Positions 12,038 to 22,205 of a DNA stretch of 64,000 nt are shown one piece after another. The position numbers were made by a program, and so were the translations under genes. Positions within the stretch are counted from its first letter, which is position 1; each line of letters begins with the position of its first letter. This stretch comes from an uncultured delta proteobacterium (GTDB taxonomy: Bacteria; Myxococcota; Kuafuiibacteriia; Kuafuiibacteriales; Kuafuiibacteriaceae). The stretch spans positions 1,344,001-1,408,000 of the forward strand of contig CAWDML010000001.1 of assembly GCA_963803435.1 (NCBI GenBank), read 5' to 3'. The notes under the pieces are model-generated. The model worked only from the letters and a program-made list of their open reading frames with translations, made no database searches and was not told where the DNA came from.

Positions 12038-13676
12038 TCAGGCCTTCTTCTGGCGCTTCAGATGGATCATGAGGCGCTTGAGATCCTCGTTGACCTTGAT
12101 GAAGTCGGCCATCGAGCGCTCGTCCTCGAGCTGCTTCTCGATCGCGCCGACGACGCGATCATCGCCGAAGCTCCAGTACGCCATGATGGCGGCGGAGCGG
12201 ACCTCGGGCTTCTTGTCGGCGAGCGCCTTGCCCAGGGCGTCGAGCGTGCTGGGATCCTTGATCCGTCCCAGCTCCCAGGCCGCCTTTTCGCGGATCAGGG
12301 GGTTCGGATCCTCGAGCTTCTTCATCCAGCAGCCGACCGCGCCCTTGCACTCGGCGGCGGCCTGCACTCGGGCGAAGCGCTCGCGGATGTAGTCCTGCAT
12401 CGGCTTGTGCTTCTCGGCGTCCATCACCTTCTTGTAGGCGTCGAGGTGCTCGGCCTGCGCCAGGTTCGAGACGTGATCGACGGCGGTCTTCTGGAGCGCG
12501 AACACGTTCGGATCCGACTCACAGGCCTCCTTGTCGGCGATCTTGATGCACTCGGTGATCAGCTTGTCGTAGTCCATGCCGTCCAGCATCTTCGGGACGT
12601 CTTCGGTGTCGCCGAGCTGGTTGAGCGCGCGCATGACGGCCTCACGGATGGAGGGATCGAGCGTGAGCATCTGCTTTCTGAGGGCCGGAATGGCGCGCTT
12701 GTCGCCGAGGGCGGCCATCGGCGCGGGCGCAAAGCCGAGGATGACGGGATCGAGCGGCTCCTTGCCGGCCGCTTCGAAGGCCTCGATCAGCGGCTCGACC
12801 GCCCGCGGGTCCCGGAGATCGCCGAGGACGTAGCCGCACTTCGCCTTGATCGCGGTCTCCTTCATGCCCCCGGCCGACTTGAAATAGTCGTTCACCTTCT
12901 CGTTCTTGAGGGCCATGGTCTCGAGCAGCTTGTCGGTGACCGCGGGGCCGATCTGGAAGAGCGCGTACGACGCCTCCTTGTAGAACGAGACGCCCTTGTA
13001 CTCGACGAACATCATCTCGATCAGCGCGTCGGTCCCGGCGGGATCGGCGAGGTTGCCGAGGGCCTCGACCGCGTTCTTGCGGAGGAACTTGTTGTCGTCG
13101 GTGAGGGCGATGGAGGAGAGCTTCGGGACGGCCTTGGGGTCGCCAATCTCGCCGAGCGCCCGGACCGCCTTGAGGGTGACGTTCCGCTCGCGGGTCTTCT
13201 CGATCAGCTTGAGGAGCGGGTCGACCGCCGACCTGGCCTTGAGCGCGCCCAGGGCCTCGCAGAATCTCCTCGTTGGCGCGGTTGCCGTTCTTGTCGCTCC
13301 AGTCCGAGCTAGTGCCGGCGTCGTAGTCGATGGCGGAGATGAGCGGCTCGGCCGCGTCGGGATCCTTGAGCTCGGCGAGACCCTTGGCGGCGTCCATGCG
13401 GTGCCGATCCTGATGCCCCTTGTCGGCGGGCTGCTGGACCAGCTTGATCAGCGCGTCCGCACCCTCCTTGACCTTCTGCTTGCGGATGATCTTGACCGCG
13501 TTCTCGCAGTACTTCCGCTTCGGCTCGCTCTGCTTGAGGATGTAGGCGATCGCGCATTTGTCTGCGTTCTCGCTCAGCATCGCGGCGCACTTGGCGCCAT
13601 CCTCTCGACAGTCACTGATTCCGCCGCAACCCGCCGAGGCGAGCGCAGCAGCGATGATCAGGGTGATCGGACGCAT
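12038..13676 (-). CDS. HEAT/PBS-repeat lipoprotein, apparent frameshift near 13262
   Basis: Lipobox LASAGC; repeated AAKGLAELKDPDAAEPL, ALGEIGDPKAVP, LGDLRDPRAVEPL, AAWELGRIKD units spread over two frames. Confidence 0.82.
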
Positions 13677-13714
13677 GGAGGGTCTGCACCATCCCGGGAG
13701 GGGAGAGTCAAGCC

Positions 13715-14917
13715 TCATCGAGCCACCACAAAGTCACCTTCCAATGCTTCGCTCGCTGCTGTCAGCACGAACGAGGTCGGATTCAACGGATCCCGCTTTC
13801 CCACGAACACGCGCCACGCGTACCGCGCGCCCGGTACCAGCGTCTCGCCCGTGTACTGCACCGAGACGTTCGGCGGGAGCACGCGGATCCGCGGATTGCC
13901 GCCGGCGTCGAAGCCGCCGAACACGTTTCGGCCGCTCTCGTCGGTCACGTCGACCACGTAGAAGTCGGTGCCGTCCACGGCACGCCACGACAGCTCGGGC
14001 GTGGCGCTGACCGTCGCGCTGGCGGCCGGCGCGATCCGGCGGATCGAAGGCAGCGTGTCGAGATCGAGGCTGGCGGACGCGGTCTCGCTGACCGCCACCG
14101 ACGCGGGCGCGCCGCCGAGAATGCGCGGGTCGTCGAACACCCAGCCGTCGTCCAGCTCGAGGGCGGTGTTCGCGAGGTAGACACCGGGCGGGACGCTCGA
14201 GACCTGCCACGCGCTCCCCAGGTTGGTGTCGACCTCGAGCCCCGGGACCGGCACCCCCGAGCCGCGGTGGATCAGGTAGACCGTGGTCTGGCCCGTGCCC
14301 CCGTGGATCCTCCCGCCCACCGCGACGCCCCCCGCGGTCAGATCGAGATCGATCCCGTCGACACGGGCACCGCGGACGTCGACGCTCATCCGCACGCTCG
14401 ACGTGAATCCCGCGAGGTGCGCGTCGACGGTGTAGAGATCGTCCTGGAGCCCGGACAGGAGGTAGTCACCGTTTCCGTCGGAGTACGTGGAGCGAACGCG
14501 CGTGCCGGTCGCGACGACCAGCGCGCCCTCCACCGGACCTTCGGCGCCGTGGAGCGTTCCCGCGATCGCGCCGTCGCCCGACGGCGCGTCGACGGGCTGG
14601 AGCACGACGGTCAGCTCCGTCGTCATCTGGGAGATCACGAGGACGCGGGGTAGCCTCCGGAACGGGCGCGGCTCGGACCGATGCCGAGGTGCTTCGACAC
14701 GATACTGATACTCCGCGCCTTCGAGCGTCAGGTCGACCGGCAGATCTTGCCACGTGCCTTGCTCGATCAGCAGCAGGCGCGCGCCCTCCACCGGCATCCC
14801 CGTGACCGCGTCGACCGCGGTCGCGTGCAGGATGGTCGGCGGCGGCGGCGGATCCGGCGGCGGGTCCGAGCAGGAAAGCCCGAACAGCAGCGAGAGCGAG
14901 AGGGTTGAACAGCGCAT
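13715..14917 (-). CDS. Lipoprotein with carboxypeptidase-regulatory-like (beta-sandwich) domains
   Basis: LFGLSC lipobox; VDAVTGMPVEGA; GPVEGALVVA; SDGNGDYLLSGL. Confidence 0.75.
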   Translation of the reverse strand: MRCSTLSLSLLFGLSCSDPPPDPPPPPTILHATAVDAVTGMPVEGARLLLIEQGTWQDLPVDLTLEGAEYQYRVEAPRHRSEPRPFRRLPRVLVISQMTTELTVVLQPVDAPSGDGAIAGTLHGAEGPVEGALVVATGTRVRSTYSDGNGDYLLSGLQDDLYTVDAHLAGFTSSVRMSVDVRGARVDGIDLDLTAGGVAVGGRIHGGTGQTTVYLIHRGSGVPVPGLEVDTNLGSAWQVSSVPPGVYLANTALELDDGWVFDDPRILGGAPASVAVSETASASLDLDTLPSIRRIAPAASATVSATPELSWRAVDGTDFYVVDVTDESGRNVFGGFDAGGNPRIRVLPPNVSVQYTGETLVPGARYAWRVFVGKRDPLNPTSFVLTAASEALEGDFVVAR

Positions 14918-15067
14918 GCTGGAGACAGCATGCCAAAACTCTCATCGCCAGAGCCAGCGACTGGTGCTAGCTTCGCGGCCGTTTTGACCCAGGAGGATGG
15001 CAAGAAACCGGCGGATCCGATCGACGAAGCATCAAGGACGGAGAGTCTCGATCGCTACCGCTCCTCG

Positions 15068-16324
15068 ATGGAGTGGGAGTCGAAGTTCTACCGGGACACG
15101 GCGCAGCTGGTCGAGCACTGCTGCGACGCCATGCACTGCGACCCCAACATCAAGCAACGGCTGCTGACGCCCCAGCGGGCGCTGATCGTGACGGTCCCGG
15201 CCCGCATGGACGACGGGAGCGTCAAGAACTTCATCGGCTACCGCGTCCAGCACAACAACACGCTCGGGCCCTACAAGGGCGGCATCCGCTACCACCCGGA
15301 CGTGAACCTCGGCGAGGTCTCGGCGCTCGCCATGCTGATGACCTTCAAGTGCGCCGTCGCCGGGATCCCGCTCGGCGGCGCCAAGGGCGGGATCCGGATC
15401 GAGCCGAACGGCTTCACGCGTCAGGAGATCCAGCGCGTCACCCGCCGCTTCACCACCGAGATCATCAACTTCATCGGTCCCGAGAGCGACATCCCGGCGC
15501 CCGACATGGGCACGAACGATCAGACCATGGCCTGGATCATGGACACGTACTCCCAGACGAAGGGGTACGCGGTGCCGTCGGTGGTCACCGGCAAGCCGAT
15601 CTCGATCGGCGGGTCGAAGGGCCGGCAGGAGGCGACCGGACACGGCGTCTCGTACCTGACGGCGGCGGCGGCCGAGTATCTCGGCATGGACCTGGCGAAC
15701 AAGACGGTGGCGGTCCAGGGCTTCGGCAACGTCGGCCTGCACGCAGCGAAGAAGCTCGAGAGTATGGGGCTGAAGATCGTCGCCGTCTCTGACGTGGGCG
15801 GCGGGATCTACAACCCCGACGGCCTCGACATGAAGCACGTGATCAACTACGTCGGCATTCGCAAGCTCGTGAAAGGCTATCCGCGCGCCGAGGAGATCAC
15901 CAACACTGATCTGTTGACGCTGCCGGTGGACGTGCTGGTGCCCGCCGCGCTCGGGGGGCAGATCGACGCCGACATCGCGAAGAAGCTGAAGTGCCGGATC
16001 CTGGCCGAGGGCGCCAACGGCCCGGTGACGGCCGAAGGCAACGAGATCCTGGCAAAGCGCGAGGACGAGATCTTCGTGGTCCCCGACATCCTCGCGAACG
16101 CCGGCGGCGTGATCGTCTCCTACTTCGAGTGGGTGCAGGGTCTCCAGGCCTTCTTCTGGAGCGCGCAGGAGATCAACGAGCGCCTCTTCCGGATCCTCCA
16201 GGAGGCGTTCAACCAGTGTCTCGAGTTCCGCAGCAAGTTCAAGACGGACATGCGCACGGCCACGCTCATGCTGGGGATCCATCGCGTCTCCGAGGCGATG
16301 CTCCTGCGCGGCCTCTTCCCCTAG
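15068..16324 (+). CDS. gdhA: Glu/Leu/Phe/Val dehydrogenase (glutamate dehydrogenase)
   Basis: GYRVQHN, GPYKGGIRYHP, GGAKGG, IPAPDMGT, VQGFGNVG, EGANGP, PDILANAGGVIVSYFEW. Confidence 0.95.
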   Translation: MEWESKFYRDTAQLVEHCCDAMHCDPNIKQRLLTPQRALIVTVPARMDDGSVKNFIGYRVQHNNTLGPYKGGIRYHPDVNLGEVSALAMLMTFKCAVAGIPLGGAKGGIRIEPNGFTRQEIQRVTRRFTTEIINFIGPESDIPAPDMGTNDQTMAWIMDTYSQTKGYAVPSVVTGKPISIGGSKGRQEATGHGVSYLTAAAAEYLGMDLANKTVAVQGFGNVGLHAAKKLESMGLKIVAVSDVGGGIYNPDGLDMKHVINYVGIRKLVKGYPRAEEITNTDLLTLPVDVLVPAALGGQIDADIAKKLKCRILAEGANGPVTAEGNEILAKREDEIFVVPDILANAGGVIVSYFEWVQGLQAFFWSAQEINERLFRILQEAFNQCLEFRSKFKTDMRTATLMLGIHRVSEAMLLRGLFP

Positions 16325-16352
16325 CCGCTCCGCCCGTGTTAACCGGGCTCAA

Positions 16353-16766
16353 ATGAACAAGCTGACGTACGCGCTTTCGATCGGAGTCGCGATCGCGGTG
16401 ATCGGCTGTCCGGAAGAGAACAGCCAACAGATGGCGCCCCCACAGCCTCGGGTCGCGCAGGCGCCCGTGTCGCAGCCTGCCAACGGGATGCAGCCGGCCA
16501 GCGACGTCACCGCCGGGAAGCGGCTCTACCTCACCGCCTGCGCCAACTGCCACGGCCCCGACGGGTCTGGCTCCATGATGCGGCAGGCGCTCCCGACGAT
16601 CGGCGACCTCACCTCGCCCGAGATGCACGGGCGGCTCAGCGACGCGGACATCGCGAACCTCATCCAGAACGGACGCAACAACAAGATGCCGGCGTTCGGG
16701 ACCATGTTCGACGACAACCAGCGAAAGGCGATCGTGGCGTACGTCCGGACCCTGAAGCGGCAATGA
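16353..16766 (+). CDS. Monohaem class I cytochrome c lipoprotein
   Basis: VIGC lipobox; CANCHG haem motif; distal Met in KMPAFG. Confidence 0.9.
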   Translation: MNKLTYALSIGVAIAVIGCPEENSQQMAPPQPRVAQAPVSQPANGMQPASDVTAGKRLYLTACANCHGPDGSGSMMRQALPTIGDLTSPEMHGRLSDADIANLIQNGRNNKMPAFGTMFDDNQRKAIVAYVRTLKRQ

Positions 16767-17977
16767 TCGACGTCCGCATGAAGGGCTTCGCACGGCGCGC
16801 GCGCGTCAGCGAGGCCCAGGCGTTGATCGAGCAGCGGGTCCAGCCGCTCTCGATCGAGCGCGTGCCCTACACCTCCGCGCTCCACCGAGCGCTCGCGGAG
16901 GAGGTGGTGGCCGACCGCAACGTCCCGCCGCACCCGAAGTCGGCGATGGACGGCTATGCCGTGCGCGCCGCGGATCTCCCCGGAAGACTCCGCGTGATCG
17001 GCGAGATCACGGCGGCCGAGCAGCTCGAGGGGACCGTCGGGGAGGGCGAGGCGGTGCGGATCATGACCGGCGCGCGGGTCCCCGAGGGCGCCGACACGGT
17101 GATCCGGGTCGAGGACGCCACGCAGGACGGGAGAGAGGTCGAGATCGGCGTCAGCCCGCCGGCCGGTCACCACGTCCTCGCGATCGGTGAGGACCTCACC
17201 GCCGGACGGCCGGTGCTGCCTGCGGGACGCCGCCTCCGGCCGCAGGACGTGTCGATGCTGATCTCGGTGAACGCGCTGGAGGTGGCGGTGCGCCGGCGGC
17301 CGCGGGTCCGCATCGTGCCGACGGGCCACGAGCTGGTGCGGCCAGGCCGGCCGGCGAGCGCGAGCGAGGTACCGGAGTCGAACAGCGTCATGCTCCAGGG
17401 CCTGGCCCAGCGCGACGGCGCCGACCCGATCGCCCACCCGATCGTCGGCGACGATCCGGACCTCCTGCGCCGCGCACTGCTCGAGCCGGGCGCAGACCTG
17501 ATCGTGATGATCGGCGGCTCCAGCGTCGGCAAGGAAGACTTCGGTCCGGTGGTGCTGCGCGAGCTCGGCGAGCTCCCGATCCACGGCGTCCACGCCAAGC
17601 CGGCGTCCCCGACCGGGATCGGCTTCCTCGGATCGATCCCGGTGGTCCTGGCGCCCGGCTATCCGGTGGCGGCGTACATCGCCTGGGATCTGTTCGCACG
17701 CCCCATCGTGCAGCGGATGCTCGGCCTGCCGGTCGCGCTTCCGTACGCCACCGCGCGCGGGCGGCTGGCGAAGCCGCTCTCGAAGCCGGCCGAGCAGACG
17801 TTGATCGCGCGGGTGGTGCTCGCGCCTTCGAGCCGCGGCCTGCCGATGGTGAGCGTCCTGCCCGGCGGCGCGGCGCTCCTCTCCACGCTCACGCGGGCGG
17901 ACGGCTTTCTCTACGGCGCGGAGGGCGTCACCGAGATCCCCGCCGGCGCCGAGGTCGAGGTCCACCTCTACGGATGA
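16763..17977 (+). CDS. moeA: Molybdopterin molybdotransferase MoeA
   Basis: SAMDGYAVR, RIMTGARVPEGAD, TGHEL, GGSSVGKEDF, APGYP. Confidence 0.95.
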   Translation: MIDVRMKGFARRARVSEAQALIEQRVQPLSIERVPYTSALHRALAEEVVADRNVPPHPKSAMDGYAVRAADLPGRLRVIGEITAAEQLEGTVGEGEAVRIMTGARVPEGADTVIRVEDATQDGREVEIGVSPPAGHHVLAIGEDLTAGRPVLPAGRRLRPQDVSMLISVNALEVAVRRRPRVRIVPTGHELVRPGRPASASEVPESNSVMLQGLAQRDGADPIAHPIVGDDPDLLRRALLEPGADLIVMIGGSSVGKEDFGPVVLRELGELPIHGVHAKPASPTGIGFLGSIPVVLAPGYPVAAYIAWDLFARPIVQRMLGLPVALPYATARGRLAKPLSKPAEQTLIARVVLAPSSRGLPMVSVLPGGAALLSTLTRADGFLYGAEGVTEIPAGAEVEVHLYG

Positions 17978-18483
17978 GCGTCCGCGATCGCGCGCTCCGC
18001 GGGGCGCAGGTGCTCTGGGACGTCTGCCCGCAGCCGCTGCGGCGCGCCATCCTGCACGGGCTCAACGCGCGCTTCATGGTCGGGGTGGTCGGCCTGATCT
18101 ACGACGACGACCTCCGCGTGCTGCTGCTCCATCACCGCTTTCGGACCCCCTATCGATGGGGGCTGCCGGGTGGGTTCATGAAGGGCGGCGAGGATCTACC
18201 CGCCGCGCTGGCGCGGGAGTTGCGCGAAGAGATCGACGTCGAGGTGGCGATCGATCCGTGCGCATTCGACACCGAAATGGTCGGGCGCGGAGGCTATCTG
18301 TCGGTGACGCTCCTCGGCCGACCGGCGTTCGACCCCGGCGCGCTCCGGATCGGTGAATCGACCGAGATCCTCGGAGGCGGGTTCTATGGCCCCGAAGCGC
18401 TTCCAGAGGACACCTATCCCTATCAGCGGGGCTTGATCGAGCGGTTCTGGCGCCAGCGCGGGGTCCCCTTTTCACCGAGGTGA
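17974..18483 (+). CDS. NUDIX hydrolase
   Basis: WGLPGGFMKGGEDLPAALARELREEID Nudix box. Confidence 0.9.
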   Translation: MSVRDRALRGAQVLWDVCPQPLRRAILHGLNARFMVGVVGLIYDDDLRVLLLHHRFRTPYRWGLPGGFMKGGEDLPAALARELREEIDVEVAIDPCAFDTEMVGRGGYLSVTLLGRPAFDPGALRIGESTEILGGGFYGPEALPEDTYPYQRGLIERFWRQRGVPFSPR

Positions 18484-18506
18484 AGCAGGGGATAGGTTCC
18501 GGCGAT

Positions 18507-19409
18507 ATGAGGACTCTCCTTTGGGTGGCCGCAGCGCTGCTCCTGTCCCCCGCTGCCCAGGCCCAGGACGACCCGGAAGGCTCGATTGACATCGGCGACG
18601 TTGGCTCGTCGCGCATCGGCGGGCCCGGCCTCACCAAGGCGGAGAAGGCCTGGAACGCCGCCGAGGACGAAGAGGACGAGCCCATCACCGAGGAGACGCT
18701 GCCCCCGATTGGCAACAAGAAGCGGATCCCGGGCCTCCAGAAGCTGGCCAAGCAGTACGCCGGCGGACAGATGTGGAAGGACGCCTGCGAGAAGTACGAC
18801 CAACTCGAGGAGGAGGGCGGCCCGGAGAGCCTGGTCGAGACCGAGGCCGGCAAGAAGCTGGCGGGGAAGAGCTATGTCGCGTGTGCGCGGATCGCGTTCG
18901 GGATCGGCGACTACGACAAGGCCGAGAAGCTCCTGTCGAAGAGCGAGCGTCTGGTCGGCACCGATCAACGTCACCGCGGCCTTCGCAGGAAGATGATGCG
19001 GGAGACCTACCGCAAGAAGGTCACCAGCGGGGACATCGGCGGCGCCATCAAGATCTTCAACCAGTACCAGGCCGAGGAGAAGAACGAGGACGAGCGGATC
19101 TGGCTGGGCGAGCAGCTCGCCGAGCGCGCCCGCGCTGCGCACGAGGAGAAGGACGAGATCACGCGCAACGAGATGATGACCTACCTCGCCGACGTCGCCC
19201 CGATGAACACCGAGTACCGCAAGCTGAAGGACGAGATCGAGAACGGCCACGACATCCTCAAGAACGCGGTGCTGTTCGCGCTCGGCGCCGTCGGGATCGT
19301 GTTCTTCCTGGGGTGGTTCACGAAGTGGCGGGCCAACGCCAAGCTGGCGGGCGAAGGCTTCACCGGGGGCGGCAAGAAGAACAAGTTCCTCGACGACGAC
19401 GACCTCTGA
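18507..19409 (+). CDS. Exported TPR-like protein with C-terminal TM anchor
   Basis: Signal peptide (AAQAQ), helical GDYDKAEKLL segments, C-terminal hydrophobic helix. Confidence 0.7.
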   Translation: MRTLLWVAAALLLSPAAQAQDDPEGSIDIGDVGSSRIGGPGLTKAEKAWNAAEDEEDEPITEETLPPIGNKKRIPGLQKLAKQYAGGQMWKDACEKYDQLEEEGGPESLVETEAGKKLAGKSYVACARIAFGIGDYDKAEKLLSKSERLVGTDQRHRGLRRKMMRETYRKKVTSGDIGGAIKIFNQYQAEEKNEDERIWLGEQLAERARAAHEEKDEITRNEMMTYLADVAPMNTEYRKLKDEIENGHDILKNAVLFALGAVGIVFFLGWFTKWRANAKLAGEGFTGGGKKNKFLDDDDL

Positions 19410-19411
19410 CC

Positions 19412-19813
19412 GTGCCGTATCGCCTGCAGATCCGCTTCGCGGACACCGACGCGCAGGGGCACGTCTACTTCGCGAACTACCTCACCTTCTTCGACGAGGC
19501 GATGAGCGACCACCTGCGCTCGATCGGCTTCCCCTGGCAGCGGCTGCACGCGCTCGGCGTCGACCTGGTCTTCGCGGACGTCCACGCCACGTATCGCGGC
19601 CGTGCCACCTTCGAGGAGGTCCTCGTCATCACCGTCGAGGGCGTGCGCCTGGGCAACGCCAGCATGACGACCACGCTCGCGGCGCAGAAGGAGGACGGGA
19701 CGCCGGTGGCGAGCGCCGAGCTGGTGAGCGTCTGCGTCAATCGGCGCACCATGAAGTCGACGCCCCTCCCCGCGCCGCTGCGCGAGGCGCTCGAGGTCAC
19801 GGCCCGAAGCTGA
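19412..19813 (+). CDS. Hotdog-fold acyl-CoA thioesterase (YbgC/4HBT family)
   Basis: IRFADTDAQGHVYFANYLTFFDEA signature. Confidence 0.88.
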   Translation: MPYRLQIRFADTDAQGHVYFANYLTFFDEAMSDHLRSIGFPWQRLHALGVDLVFADVHATYRGRATFEEVLVITVEGVRLGNASMTTTLAAQKEDGTPVASAELVSVCVNRRTMKSTPLPAPLREALEVTARS

Positions 19814-21986
19814 CGAACGGCCTCGCCTGCTTGATCACCACGCGACCGTCGCGCGTCCACTTGAGCTCGACGTCCATCGAGAGGGGCGCCAGGTTGGGAT
19901 AGACCGCGGCGTTGAAGTGATCGTGCAGCAAGAAGAGCGCCTGCGCGGCCTCGTCGAGCGCTTCGGGCGTCCAGACCTGCTCGCCGGCAGGCAGGAGCGT
20001 CGACCGCACCTCGATCTGGACGTCCGAGACGGCCGGCGGCTCGCCGCTCCTGCGGAACGTGAGCACCTCGGCGATCTCGGTGGGATCGTCGGGGCGGACG
20101 ACGCTTGAGTCTCCGACCTGCGAGTTCAGGCGGTAAAGCGGATCGCCGGCGTCGACGTTCAGCCCCGTGATGGCCACAGCGCTGGCGCGCTCGAGGACGA
20201 ACGAGAGGTTCACGGCGATGCCCATGTACGCGCGCCGGTGATCGATCCCGTAGTACTCGCGCTCGTCGAAGGCGCGCTCGTTCCAGAGGCTGGCCCAGAC
20301 CTTCTTCACCGCCCGCGCCACCGTCTTCTCCTTGGTGAGCTCGTCCTGGAGGTTTTCGATGATCGGGACCAGGTAGGTCCGGTCCTGGTGGTCAATCAGC
20401 TCCTGGCTTCGCGCCGCCAGCTTCGCCTCCAGGTCCGCGCGCTGATCGGGCGTCAGGCAGAGCGACGGTCCCATGGCATCGGCGTCGCGATCGTCGGCGA
20501 GGCAGCCCGCCTTGCTCTCGTACAGGCCGGCGCCGGTCAGCTCGTCGAGATCCTCCACGTTGGTGCTGCTGCGGAACTTGGTGCGCATCGTGGTCGAGCC
20601 GGCGCCGAACGACGCGACCATCGCGGCCTCGATCGCGTCGAGGAGGTCCTCAGGGAACGGGGCCGCCTCGATAGCGTCGCGGATCGCGCGGAGCTGCTCA
20701 CGCTCGAAGGCGGCGTCCGTGCGCATCCGCGGATCGTCGAGGGCCTGGGCGATCTGGACGTCGATCCCGTTGGCCCGCACGAACGCGTCATAGCGGGCGA
20801 ACGGGATGCCGAAGCCGGGATCTCGGTTGGCCTCGGGCAGGATCGCGAACAGCTCTCCCAGGTTGGCCGCCTTGGCGCCGTAGGCGAGCGCACCGGCATG
20901 GCGAAGCTCGGCGAACCCGACGAGATCCGACACCGACAGGTCGGCCTGCACCGGCGGGAGCTGCGGGCGGCGTGCGTCCCAGAAGGCCTCGGCGTCGGCG
21001 AGCAACGCCGGCTCGAGGAGGAACGTGTCCTGATCGACGACCAGATGCACGAGGCTGTCCTTCAGAGCCGCGACGTAGGGAGCGTCGTAGATCCCAGGCA
21101 CCGCCACGTTGGGGATGCCTTTCTCGATCAGGCGCAGGTTGGTGTGGCTCAGCGTGTTCTGGGGATCGCGGCTGATCAGCCCCTGAACGACGGAGATGTC
21201 GTTCGGCGCGCTCTCCACCACCACCACATCCCGGGGACCGTAGTCGTCGAGCCGCTGCCCGGCGGGCACGATGCGGAGGGTGCCGTATCCCTCGCCGCCG
21301 CTGTAGGCCTGGTGCGTGACGCCGTCGACGAGCTGCTCGGGGAGGATGACGGTCACGCCGCGGCTCGCGAGCGCCGTGAGCTGCGCCTGCGCCAGCACCT
21401 TTTGGTCGGGACCCTCGGGCAGGAACACCAGGAAGTCGCGGGCGAACGGAGCCGTCCGCTTCAGGATCGCGTCCACCTCGACGATGGCGTCCACGCTCAG
21501 GGTCCCCGGATCGGAGTAGACGGCGAACGTCACCACGCCGAGACGCTGCGTGGCGGGATCAAGGACGCCCGGATACGCCTTGAGGTAGCCGCCCCAGAGC
21601 CGGCGCGAGGCGGGTCGGAGCACCCAGGCCAGGTAGGTGTTGAAGTCGATCAGCGACAGCTCCGGGAAGCTCTGGAGGAACTGCAGGTGCCACGGGAACT
21701 GATTCATGTTCTGGAAGTAGCAATCCTCCGTGAGCGGTGCGCTGCGCGTCGCGGTGAGCGCGGGCGCGAGGAACTTCACGCCGTCGTGCGCGGGCGTGTC
21801 GAGCCCGTACAGATCGGCCGGCGTGGCGAGCGTGGTGAGGAAGCAATCGTCGAGCGTGCCCGCGTCGCTTCCCGCGTCGGTGCCGGCGTCCGCTCCGGCG
21901 TCGGGACCCGCATCGACTGCGGGCGACGACGGCGAACCGCACGCCGCCAGGAGGATCGCGAGCACCGTCGTTGAGACCCGTTCCAC
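19797..21986 (-). CDS. Lipoprotein with phosphohistidine-like and PEP/pyruvate-binding (dikinase nucleotide-binding) domains
   Basis: ILLAAC lipobox and DAG linker; QNTLSHTNL; YGAKAANLGEL; FRSSTNVEDL..GAGLYES; VKKVWASLWNERAF; IKQARP. GTG start chosen at 21986. Confidence 0.85.
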   Translation of the reverse strand: MERVSTTVLAILLAACGSPSSPAVDAGPDAGADAGTDAGSDAGTLDDCFLTTLATPADLYGLDTPAHDGVKFLAPALTATRSAPLTEDCYFQNMNQFPWHLQFLQSFPELSLIDFNTYLAWVLRPASRRLWGGYLKAYPGVLDPATQRLGVVTFAVYSDPGTLSVDAIVEVDAILKRTAPFARDFLVFLPEGPDQKVLAQAQLTALASRGVTVILPEQLVDGVTHQAYSGGEGYGTLRIVPAGQRLDDYGPRDVVVVESAPNDISVVQGLISRDPQNTLSHTNLRLIEKGIPNVAVPGIYDAPYVAALKDSLVHLVVDQDTFLLEPALLADAEAFWDARRPQLPPVQADLSVSDLVGFAELRHAGALAYGAKAANLGELFAILPEANRDPGFGIPFARYDAFVRANGIDVQIAQALDDPRMRTDAAFEREQLRAIRDAIEAAPFPEDLLDAIEAAMVASFGAGSTTMRTKFRSSTNVEDLDELTGAGLYESKAGCLADDRDADAMGPSLCLTPDQRADLEAKLAARSQELIDHQDRTYLVPIIENLQDELTKEKTVARAVKKVWASLWNERAFDEREYYGIDHRRAYMGIAVNLSFVLERASAVAITGLNVDAGDPLYRLNSQVGDSSVVRPDDPTEIAEVLTFRRSGEPPAVSDVQIEVRSTLLPAGEQVWTPEALDEAAQALFLLHDHFNAAVYPNLAPLSMDVELKWTRDGRVVIKQARPFVSFGP

Positions 21987-21999
21987 GCGCGCCTTTCGA

Positions 22000-22015
22000 A
22001 GCAATCATGCGACCG
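22000..22015 (-). promoter_or_regulatory. Sigma54 -24/-12 promoter candidate for the dikinase-like gene
   Basis: CGGTCGCATGATTGCT = GG-N10-GC with TTGCT; divergent from a sigma54 activator gene. Confidence 0.55.
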
Positions 22016-22205
22016 GCGGTCAACGAATGGGAATCATTCGACCTGCCGACGCGGGCCCTCAGTTTTCCGCGGTGGACGAACGCTCGTCTTCTCGGATCGC
22101 GTCGCGCGCGGCGCTTGTCGAAGGAACTCGAGTTGCTGGCGCGAAATCGGATTGCAAGGGGCACTTGCTGGGCGGAAATCACGGATGCTACCTTGACCGA
22201 GCGCT

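Noticed and set aside
19797-21986. PEP synthase or pyruvate phosphate dikinase
   Set aside because: Wrong domain order, no C-terminal PEP-binding barrel, and it carries a lipoprotein signal
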